A program made the position numbers and the translations under genes. Positions 24,601 to 36,600 of a stretch of 64,000 bases of DNA are shown here, in pieces. Position 1 is the stretch's first letter. Each line of letters opens with the position of its first letter. The notes under the pieces are model-generated. The model saw nothing but the letters and a program-made list of their open reading frames with translations, made no database searches and was not told the DNA's origin. The DNA is taken from assembly GCF_001447785.1 (NCBI RefSeq), contig NW_015160219.1, positions 22,650 through 86,649 on the forward strand. The letters are read 5' to 3'. This DNA comes from Gekko japonicus (lineage: Eukaryota).

Positions 24601-27600
24601 TGTTTTTTTTAATTGTAAAGAATAAACTGTTTCATTCCCCAATAAAAGATTCTTCTCTACCAGGCACTACTTCTTGCCTGGATGTTAAAAATCACTTAGG
24701 AAAAGAACTAGTATAGTAGTTACCTATTGAATTTTACACTGTCAATTTATATTATGCACTTCCTCCAAAAGCAGGAAAAACCTGTTCTACAATTTTTTTA
24801 AAAAAATTGTCAAAGTATAGCCCCTGGCCTGCAAAGCAGGAGGAGGTCCTCACTGAGGAGGAGGAGGCGACTGCCTGCCCCCCCGGCTTCTCCCTCCCCC
24901 TCGGCTAGCAGCAACTGCAGCAAGCCCTATGTGGCTCCCAGCTGCCCGCCCACCACGGCTTCTCCCCCCCCCAGCAACAGTGGCAAGCCCTGCTCAGATC
25001 CCAGCTGCCCACCAGCCAAGGCTCCCCCGGCTCCCTTACAGCTGCCAGCAGCAAGCTCCGCCACAGTTCCAAATGGCAAGTCCATTCTCCACACATGCGC
25101 GAGAACACAGTTTCAGATTTGCGGGGATTTAAGTTTCCCCGTATATATATTTTTAAACATGTCAGATTTTTCTGCATACCTAAGTAATGCCTCAAGTGTG
25201 CAGGAATTTTTGTTGAGCCTCCATGTGCCCCCAGTTTACGGAAATAAGATTCCGCATGCACTGGGGACCATTGGCTATTAGTATGTAGATAGGGAAAATT
25301 ATAATTTACTCAGAGAATCAGTTCAGATAGGAAACTTTTTAACAGCAGTGTATGCACCTTCCTCTCTTCACATGTTGTACCAAGACAGAAGTCTGTTTAA
25401 TCAGTCGGATTCCAACTAATCCAAATCTGACCACCTAGCTGGGATTTATTTCTTTTCCAGTAATTGGGGTTCTTAACCACTTCTATCTTCAGCCCTGGTG
25501 TGCCATGCTAATGGGAGAGAGAAGCTAACTAAGTGTATGCTTGTCATGAACCAACAGATTTTTGCCCCCACGTGCCTCAATTAGACCAAAGATAGACAGA
25601 TCCAAAAATGTTATATATTTGGGGTTCCACAAGTTTCCATAGGTAAAGTAGGAAACCTCTGTGAGAATACAAGTCCAAATTGTCAGCAATGTTGGTTGTT
25701 ATTCTTGGGCAATAAGCCCCGCACTGTATGACAGTAAAATTCTTACTTGGTTCTGCCCACCAGGGTGAAAATCAATTCTGCCCATTATGTATCACTTCTT
25801 TCTTGTGTAATCTCTGTGTAGGAATTGAGTTTGTTAATAATACGAATAATAATTATGTTTCAGGCATACAGTCCTGGATTATTTGAAGATCAGAGATTTC
25901 GAGCTTTAGAATACATCCTTTCGATTAACAATGTGAATGAGAGTGATAAAGGTATCTATGTGTGCCAAACAACATATACCTACATGGGAAAATGGTATAA
26001 TGTTTCACGAGCCATTAATCTGATCACTTACGGTATGTGTTTTGTTTATACAGTTTATATTTGGCTTGGGGGGGGGGTTAGTAGTTGATCCTGGAGATAG
26101 TGTTGGTATGACTATCAGACTAAGACCTGGGAGACCAGTTTCATATCCCCACATTGCCATGAAGTTCCCGGGGTGACCGTGGCCCAGTCACTCTCTCAGC
26201 CTCATGGGGGTGTTGTGAGGACAAAATGGAGGAGGTTAGAATGATATCTACCACTCTGAGCTCTTTGGAGAAAGGGTAGGATAAAAATAAATTTAACACC
26301 TGTTAAGCTGATCTTTCTGCTGCTCCCTTCCCTATGAGGTAATTGTTATCCCCATGTGGAACATTTGCTTTTTCTGAGCATGTTGAATTCAGTATTTTAA
26401 AATTCCGTCTCTCCCCCAGGACATTTGTGGCCTGAAACTGGGTCCAGATCCTGGTTTAAGGGGAAGACTGAGTTTTTCCTAGCCACAATATCATTGCCAG
26501 TACAACAGTAAGGCCCAGTATGAAGAATTTGTGCCCTGCACGAGAGATAGATGAGTGAATGTGTGTATGGTCACACATCTTATGTCTGTTGTTCATCCAT
26601 TGTTGTCTAGACCTTAGGTGTCGAACTCATTTGTTATGAGGGCCGGATCTGACGTAAAAATCACTTTGTCAGGCCGGGCCATGCGTGCCATAAAACAATA
26701 ATGCCAGGTACCAGAGATAGAAACTGTATAAAGGACAGCAGCTTGTAAGCTCCAAGTTGGTGTATCCTCACTACAAGGCCCATGGGCTGGGAAGGGGGGT
26801 GCAAAGGAAAATCCACATAGGTGGACTGGAGAGCCAGTGGTGCAGCACTGGGCAGATGCTCCCATGATGCTTGACTGCTGCAGATGAGGTTGTTCTTCCG
26901 TGCTGAAGCCATAATCGGAGTGGCTCCACCCACTCCCCCCCAAGCAGTTTTCTGTTCCCTCACTTTCACTAGTTGCTCGCGGGCTGCATAAGAGCCCTGG
27001 ATGGGCCGGTTCTGTCCCCTGTGCCTTATGTTGGACACCCATGGTCTAGACTGTAGTGTTGTATTTGCACTTGCCAAAAGTACTTGCACTGTGGAAAAGC
27101 TTTGCTTTTTTGAGATCCTTAATGGGTTAACTTTTTTCTTCCATGCTTTAGTGAGTGCACAGAAATTGCAAAGACTAATGTCTAGTCCTCGTCAGTTTCT
27201 GGCTGTCCAAAATGTTCTATTTGTGTCTGGATATTGTAATTTTGAACAGTACTCCAAGCTGGTATTCTACTGTATTGTAATCATATAGTAGTAGTAGTAT
27301 GCTCTGTATTTAGATAGAACAGGAGTCAAGTGGTTGCTTAACAAGTAACAACATTCATTCCATCATAATTTTATTTTATCATGAGTCAGCAGCACTCACT
27401 TCATCAGTTGCAAGTTAGTTGCTGTTTATCAGTAAAGTTAACAGAATTAATTTCAAGAATTTAAAATGTACCAGTACAATAGACTATGGAATAATGCCTT
27501 CTTGTGTTTTCCTTTGCTAGCCTCTCCACTGAAATTACCACAAATTATTTATCCCAAAAACAATTCAATTGAAGTAGAACTTGGTAAGCCGTTTTCTTAA

Positions 27601-30600
27601 TAGCTCAGACATTTTTTGCAAAGTGCTATGTAAGTTTTCCAAACTTTCTATATACTCACCTGCAATATTGTCTTCTTGTTGGTAGGATCAAAAGTTCTCA
27701 TAGAGTGTAATGCTTCTGGAGACACACAAGAGATATTTACAGCCTGGGAGGTCAATGGAACAGAACTTGAAGAGTTTGATGACACACTGAGAGTGGAAAC
27801 GTATTCGTGAGTACGAGAATTGAATTTCCATTGGTCTTTGGCATAGAATATTTTTAGGGTGTTTTGGATTAAATCTGCTCAATCACTGTTAACAACATTC
27901 GAATCACCTTTAGCATCCACCTAGATAGACCCCTGGAAAAACATTCCTGCCTGTTAGAGTGACTTTATTAACTTGACTTTTCTTTGGAAGCAACTGAATC
28001 TTTAGTTGTTGTAGATTTTCTGGGCTGTATGGCCGTGGTCTTGGCATTGTAGTACCTGACGTTTCTTTCTGTATTATACCTCTGAGGATGCCAGTCACAG
28101 CTGCTGGCAAAACGTCAGGTACTACAATGTACCTGGAAAATCTACAACAACTAATGAACTCTGGCCTTGAAAGCCTTCAACAACAACTGAATCTTTATCA
28201 ACTGAATATTAGGATGCATGGATCACTCATAGAAGTGATATTGAAGCCTCTCTACAGAAAGAAATGAGTTGAAGTTTGTTTCCCCCTAAACATTCCCTAT
28301 CTTCATTGATTTAAATGTTCAGCTTTCTAGATACCTTCCTTTTCCAAAATTCAGGAACTTGGCAGCACTCAGTGGAGGATGGACAATAGATTCGGGATGG
28401 ACAAAAGAAATTCACTGTCAATGAATGTGGCGGTGGCCATGAGCATAGGTGGGTTTAAAAGGTGATTGGACAGATTCATGGAGAGAGATCCATCAATAGC
28501 TGGTAGCCTTGATGACTAAAGAGAACCTCCACGTTCAGAGGCAGTAAACCTCTGAATACCAGTGATAGGAGACAACATCAGGGAAAAGCCTTGGCCTCTC
28601 TGCCTTCTTGGCTCTTGAGAACAATTGTTTGGCCGATGTGTGGAACAGCATGCTGGACTAGATGAACCATTGGTCTGATCCAGCAGAGCTCTTCCAGCGT
28701 TCTTATGTACAGTTTCCTGTAATTTCACATGAATATAACTTCTTATATCTCTCTTGATTTTATTTTTTAACTTTAGTCATGTATCTCTTTCTGGAAAATG
28801 GATAGTGGGAACAAAATTCAATATCTCTGTAGTGAAAAACAAAGACTACTTGACATTTCTGTGTTTTGTATGGACTCCTACGTTTGAAGGAGCGGCTGTG
28901 TATATCATGCTACAACGTCCAAGTAAGTATCTATTTAGTTTTTTGGCCCATTAGTAATGACAAGATGATTTTCAGAGTCCATCATGGATAACACATAATT
29001 GCAGTCACATATGTAACTAGCATAGCATGCTAAGAGATAAGCAGCTGAGGAGTTTTATGTAACCTTTATTTTGCAAGGACCAATTAAACACTTTTGAGTT
29101 GGCAACAGGTATGAAGGTCCCTATTCCCCTGGGATTGTTGCAAGCATCTTTTCCGGTGGATTTGCATTTAAAGTCTGTTGAGTTAGATCTTGCAGTCACC
29201 TGAGTAATATGGCATTGATATTCTCATAATGAATCAGTTTGGCCTTGGAAATTTGCTTATATACCTGGGAAGTTGCAGTCCATTTGGCAAGGAATTTGAG
29301 TCAGCCCTGTTTACCTTTTGCTCTACAGTTTGTATCTGCTCTTGTGCCACTGAGCCCTCATCCAGCATGTCTTAAACAGAACAGAGAGCTTCTGTTTGCA
29401 ATATTTTCATGCTGTTGACATTATCACATAGTATTGTAGTAGTGGCAACAGGCAACCACCTCTGAACATCTCTTGCCTTGAAAACCCTACAGGGTTGCCA
29501 TAAGTTGGTGGCGACTTGATGGCACTTTCACCCATCATCAGTACTTTGACAGAGAAGAAGCTGAGTTGTAGCGGGGATTAGGGATGGGCACAAACATCAT
29601 CACAAACCTAATTTCATGACGAACATCACTGGTTTATGCCAATCCCTATCTACAACCCCTCCTCATGGGGTTTGTGTTGGGAAGCGGGGGGGGGGGAGCA
29701 AGAGGGATTGCTAAAATGGATGCAAGCCATTTCAGTGATCTCTTTTGCTCCCCTCCCCCCGCTTCCAAACATTCCCTTTAAATGGTTTTAGCAAGATCTT
29801 TCCCCCCTTCCATTCAGCAGAAAAGAGGTAGGAAAGATCTCAGATCTTCCCCAGAACCTCGTGAACCAAACTGTTTCGGTAAATGGAGAGGTTTGTGTGA
29901 CTGCACAGACCGGGATAAGCCTCCATTTCCCCGGTTCATGCCCATCCCTAGCGGTGATATCTTATGTCTCTGTGTTCAGCTAGGATTTGAATTTTTACTC
30001 CCAACTGTTAACTTTTTAAACCGTGATATGGTATTATAAAAGTGTTCAACCGCCCCACTGTCTTTTTATCTTAATTTGCTTTCATTAAAAGTTAGGTCAA
30101 AAATCTACTGATTCAAGGATATTGTTTTTCAAGGTGATATTAATTAGGTTGATTGAATGAGGAACACTTATTTAGTTGAGTTCTTAGCAGTCTGGAGGGT
30201 TAGCAGTGTGGTAGTATGAAGCATCCACTGTAAAAATACATTTCGGTTACAACACCACCTTATGCCAACTTAAAAAAAACAACTAAAGCCCAATTAACAG
30301 GTCAGAAACTGTTTAAGAAGTACGAGCATCATCTCTGGGATGGAACTGCAGATTAAAATGTTCTCACTGTGGGGAGGATTTTTTCCCCCCTGGGCAGAAC
30401 TGGCTGGTCCAATCTTGTCAGATCTTGGAAGCTAAGCAGGGTTGACCGTGGTTAGTATTTGGATGGGAGACCACCAAGGAATACCAACTCTGAACGTCTC
30501 TTGCCCTAAAACCCCTACAGAGTCACCATAAGTCAGCTGTGGCTTGACGGCACTTCCCACCAACCAAACTGATAAATGGGAGTGGTGTTTGCCTCCCTTT

Positions 30601-33600
30601 GTGTGGAGACCCACAGTCAGTGAACATGTGCTGTATTGGTGTAAATTGGTGATCCTGTTGGCTTATGGATCTGAATCCTTGGAAATAAAAATCAAAATGT
30701 GTGGAATGAGATATCATAGCCAATGATGGAAAAAGCGTTTAGCCTTACGCAGATAAGGGTAGATAGGATTTATGGTGCTATAAGCCCAAATGTAAAAAAC
30801 ACATGGTTCTGCCCCTTTTGATACCTGAAAAGCTGAGCACCAAGGCTTAAGGGTGAGAGGAGGGCAAGAAATCTCAGGGCTGGATCCAGGCCAAGGCTTA
30901 AGGGTGAGAGGAGGGCAAGATCCAGTAGTCAAGATAGGAGCTAGGAATCTCCACAGGAAGCAGGCAGGGTTCAGAGAGCTGGAGCATAGTAATAAGCTAC
31001 TGTCCAGAGTGAGAATGTTGAAAGGAGATGTCGAACCAGCAAAGGTTGAGATTGAAGTGCAGGATTATATAGGGAACGGAGAGCCCCTCCTGTAACCAGG
31101 GCCCAGATTTTGCAAAGATCTAATGTTTGGTCCTTGATCCTGCCAATACCCAAAGAAGTTGCATCTTTCTCCTGAGAGAGACTGTAGGTGGGCAAGCCTC
31201 ATGCTGCAAGCATGCACTCTTCCGCTTGTTTTCAGGCTTCGGCTTTGGCTTCTCCACCTTCTCTGGTCGTGGGGGGCAGACTCCAAAACTGCAGAAGGGA
31301 GACAGGTCCATTCAGGGGTGGGGTTAGGACTAGGGTCTGTTGGTTCCAGGGGAACTTGAATTGGGGAACTTGAAGCCGGTCAGTCCTGTAGCTTCTAGAG
31401 TACCTAAAGCTTCATGCATAGTGGGGAGCTACTCTTGATCTGAGGATTTGATTCTTCTTCCCAGATGCAGGCTGGGCTAAGGCAGGCCTTGACAGATTCA
31501 TAAGTCAGATCCTCTTATACCTAATTTTCTATTGATGGATTGTTTGTGGTTTCAGCTGCTTCCATATTCAAAATTAAACTTTTCCATAAACAAACATGTG
31601 GGTTTGTGAAAGCACACTGAAGGTTTTTCTCTACCGTGGAGGTAGTTGCAGGCATATCAGGCTGATGGGAACAGGTTAACTGATGGGTGCATTACTCAAT
31701 CTAAGCAAATAGCAAATGAATCATTTCATAACCAACGATCTGTCATAGGCTGCTGGCTGTAAAATGTGTGAATGGCATGGATCTGGAGGAAAAAGCAAAA
31801 AAAGAACTAACTGTGGTTGTTGTTCATTCCTTTCTGTCAGTTGAATAGCACCCAAGAATACTACTCAGAGTACTGGTTACTGAATATTTGTTTTGGCACA
31901 CACTTTCTCCACATACTGGAACTGTGTCTGCCCCCTGGCTTCATGAGAGAGCTGTTTCCTTCCTTCTGTTTAAATGCTGTGTCTTCATACATTAAATATA
32001 TGGCATTTTCATGCTGCCAATAGAAGTCTCAGTTATGGGGTTTTTAACTTGGCGATACAACACTATACCGTATTCATCAAACATTCCCCAATCACCCTCC
32101 CCCCCATGTCAGTGGTTTACACTAATGGAAATAAGTGCCATGAGTAAGCATTTCTCCAGTTTATGGATCCCACAGAAAGTGTCCCATAGTTTGTTTGTTT
32201 TTAAGGATCCCAAGTCCTTGTGAGCCATGGAGACTGTACAGTTCTTTTCCTGAAGGTCCTGGGTACAGTTTTGTAATTCAGGTATGTCAGGTAAAAGTAC
32301 ACTCAAGGATGCAGTAAGAATCTCTAGTGCGAGTTATATTATTTTCTAATATGGGATTTAAAATGTCAAACTTTAGGCTCACATGTGAGACTTTGTGACA
32401 TCAGTTACAGGATATAACATTTGTGACATTCTGATGTGATACTAAAAGGGCATCATGTAGGAAATTAGTGAAAAAGTGGACCTAGGAACCTTCAGGAAAA
32501 AATTCTCTGATTCAATACTTTATGGATACCAGAGAACCTCTAGTAAACCAGGGGTTACTTTTTCCATGATTCCTAAATCATAGCAGCCTTGGAAGTGCAT
32601 GTTCTTGGCTAATTGAAAATATTTTTACCACAGGGTCTGCATTTTCAGTTGATCCAATAAATGGTCCGATGGAGACAGCCATATTCAGTTGTGAAGTCTG
32701 AGTGAATGGGATTTAATTGTCACCTCTAATAGCTGTTGCAAAATAATAGCAGTGTGATGCATTTATTTGTTGATGACAATTCACAATTTTGATGCCATCC
32801 AGCTAATCTTACTTTCTTTGCCAAACAGCTAAAAATATTCAGGGTTATTTGATTGGAGGACTGGTTTCACCCATACTTGTTATCCTGGCTGCGGTTCTTA
32901 CTTACAAAATTTTCAAGGTTGACATTGTGCTTTGGTATCGACAGTCCTGTCAGCCTCTATTCAGGAAAGAAGGTATGTCAGCGTCTGTAATTTCTGTGGA
33001 TTCATACCCTCTAGTGGCTGAAGTAAGCAAAGCTACAATTGCTCTAATAGTATTGTGGCGACATTTCTGCCCCCCCTCATCCTGTCAGAGATGGGACTAC
33101 TTTTCAAGCCCTCTAAATTACAGTTATATACTTGTGTTGAAGAACAAAAACTGTTTTTGGTATGTCCTCCTTACTCCCCTCAAATATGCGTCTTGTGGAA
33201 CCTTAAAGATTTATTTACTGTGTCATAAACTTTACGTTGGAGCTCACTTTGTGCACAAAGTGTACATTGAGTGGGCAGAGAGAGAAATATTCCCAAAGCT
33301 ACAAACAGCAGAAAGGCACAGTGTGGAGTGAAGAGCTATTACAAAGAGAGATCAGGAGGAGGCCAGGTTTCCCAGGTCGATGTGTGTGACCTTATATTGC
33401 AGAGTGCAGAAGAGCAGACAGTGATGGTGTAATCTTTATTGAACATATAACAGTAACAGAAGAAAAAGCAGGGAAATACCAGCCTATTGAAAGAGCAATA
33501 TAAGATACTAAATTTGGGGCATTACAGGTAACTAGATGGCCTATATTTTGTAATCCACATTGAGTCTCAGTGAAAAAAGCAAGCTACAAATCAAGCAAAT

Positions 33601-36600
33601 AAATAGAATCACACAGGCATTTGCGGGATAAATAACAACAAGCAAATCGGATGATTCCTTGTGGAAGCCATCATAACTATTCTACATGTTCCTCCCTTGG
33701 GCTAGTCCAAAATCAGAACCCACTTTCACTGTTTGTTACAAGTGTTTAGTGTCCCCAGAGAGAGCAAGAAAGCCAAAACGTAAGGGTTGAGGCTTTTCTG
33801 TCTGAGCAGCACTCAGAGTAGAGGTAGAGGTGTACCTTTGGGGAGTGAGGACGCTACAATCAGGACAAAAAGTGAAGCGTATTAAAGAAGCAGAGCAGAA
33901 AAGTATCATACACGTTGCTTGATCCCGCAATCGCAGTGCAGCTGACTAAAGTCTGAAGTAATTAGGGGATGGGTCCAGGTGAAAGGAAGGCTCGGTGATT
34001 TCAGTGGTGGAGTAGCAATTCTGGGTGTCAGATTAAACCATTTTTTTCTGCCAGGATGTTACTTTTATCGTGTTTGTTCTGGGCATTCAGTATTGGGGTC
34101 AAATTCTGTTGGTGGCATTTTTTGGATCCTTTGTCATGGAGCCAGATTTCCAGAATTCTGCCTGTGATTGGGGAATTTTTGGATGCTCTGAGATTGGAGG
34201 AATTCTAGGAACCTTGTTCCCATTGGGGAGAAGCCAGAATTCTCATTCTTGTTGACAGATTTTGAATTGTCCAAAAAAGGAGAGGAGGGAGAGGTGAATG
34301 ATGGGTACTAGATGAAGCAATGGGGAAGATGGATGATTAGATCAGAAGATCTATTAACATAGGCCAGGGAATAGGCGATAGCCCTGGCTTCGCTTATGAT
34401 TAGGTTTCCAGAGAAGTCTTCATTGTAAAGGGAGATTCCTTCATTGTAAAGGGATGGTTCTAGAAGGTTTCTTGATGATACCTCAGGAAGCCAAAGTGTA
34501 GAGCCATTTCCCTACCACCCTTCAGTACTCCTTTTACCCCTTGGTCATCCAAGGGTCCCACTGCAAGACTGCTTGTCCGATGTAAGTTTACCTTTGATAC
34601 TGTATGCTGTGAGCCACTGAGGAAGCATTTTGGATTTAGAATTTCCATTTTGTGAAGAGTAATATATGAAGACCATGGAAGATTGAGATTTTTGACAAAG
34701 ACTTGTATCGAAACGAACGGTGTTACTCAAGAGGTTCGTAATCCGCTCGTCTCCACGCCACCACTGTGTTGGGTTGGCACTGCACTGCTGGAAACAAGAA
34801 TTAAAACAACATCAGAGCATCACAAGTTTAGTGCTTATGTTATTGTCATCAATTTGTATGCACGTTTGCAGCAATTTTCCATTACCCTCTCTGACATACA
34901 GAGCCACCCCACCTCCAACCCTTCCCCCCTATCCTTCCGATATAATTTATAACCAGGAATCCTCGTATCCCACTGATTTTCCTCATCTCGCCAGGTTTCT
35001 GAAATACCCACAATGTCTATTTTTCCCTCCAACACCAAGCACTCCAACTCCCCGATTTTACCTCGGACACTTCTAGCATTTGTGTATAAACACCTATAGT
35101 TTCCTATGCCTGTTAAGCCCACAACTTTCCTCTTGCTGCCTCAAGACCTTACCAGGCAGTCCATATTGTTAGCCACAGTCTCAGTGAACAATTCTAATCC
35201 ATTTCCTTGTAGAAAAGTAACAGCTAACCCTTCATCTCTTTGAGATGAGCCATCGCGAACCAGAGACTTTTCATCTCCTGTTGGCTTTCCCCCAATATTC
35301 AGTTTAAAAACTGCTCTGCCACCTTTTTGATTTTAAGCACGAGCAGCCTGGTTCCTTCTCAGGACAAGTGGAGACCGTCTCTTTTGTACAGCTCCCTCTT
35401 GTTCCAAAAAGCATCCCAGTGCCTAACAAACTTGAACCCTTCCCCCCTACACCATTGTCTCATCCACACATTGAGACTCCTGATCTGTGCCTGTCTCTCC
35501 GGCCCTGCCCATGGAACAGGTAGAACTTCTGAGAAGGCTACCATAGAGGTCCTGGCCTTAGAGGTCCTGGCCTTGATTTTGTTTGGTGTCATTAAAGTCT
35601 CAGAAAATATATTGTTAATTAGATTTTAAATAATTTTTAATCATCTTATCTGGTATACTGTAAACTTTGAATTTTTAATTGTAAAGTTGTGTAGATGATT
35701 GGTCAAATGATCGTAATAAAGAACAAACGAGCTCATTACCGGGTTTTAGCAGTTGCTGCCACTAACCCTTTGAAGGATCTTTTTGAACTCAGGGAAATTT
35801 GACAAAGTTACTTGGAATGGGTGGTTGTTCAGCAGCTTAGCGATAACTGGACAGAAGAAGAGTGATTCATGGGTAGATTTACAGGAATGTTTATCTCTTG
35901 ATAAGCACTTGAGAATATTGTTTGTGTCCAATTTCAGCTCATACTAAAGGGCCGATTCACACATGTTCACATCGCTTGATTTCTCCCTAGATGACTCTTG
36001 GCTGAATGTGTCTGTTGTCTTGGGGAAAAAGTAATTGCATTGCCATTGGGGGCACGGAAATTTTTCTTATTTGCTCTTTAATGGGTGTCGGCTACATTGT
36101 AAGTTGTCACTTGACGCTACACTCAAAAGATGGTAAATATCCATGTGTGAAACAACCTTGACAAGAAAGAATCTTTTGTACTGATCAGATTACTACTTCT
36201 GTCTAGTTTCAGATGGAAAGCTTTATGATGCATATGTGGTGTACCCCTCAAATGTAGCAAACTGCATGTATTCATCTGATATCTTTGTCCTGAAAGTGCT
36301 ACCTGAAGTTTTGGAAAAACAGTGTGGATATAATCTCTTTATATGTGGCAGGGATGATTTACCAGGGCAAGGTATGTACTATAAATACATACATTTACAT
36401 TTAGTAGAATATTTGGCAAGTTGTTAAAGAGAAGCAGCATTGGGGGGGGGGGCTGTTCTGGAATGGTGCCATGATGTGTGTGTATGGGGGGAGGGGCTTA
36501 GCCCTGCATGGCTTTGCCAGTATGTTTTTTACCTCCCTTCTGGTGTGGTTAACACAAACTAAGGGAAGTAAAACAAAAATAGGATCCCTGTCTTGATCTC

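Noticed and set aside
11112-30490. 5S rRNA-like and tRNA-like segments as RNA genes
   Set aside because: They are diverged, incomplete and fused to SINE bodies, so they are SINE heads rather than functional genes.
30700-31495. Possible LTR-like elements (also 33386-33740 and 61770-62550)
   Set aside because: One plausible terminus each, but no clear second terminus, TSD or PBS.
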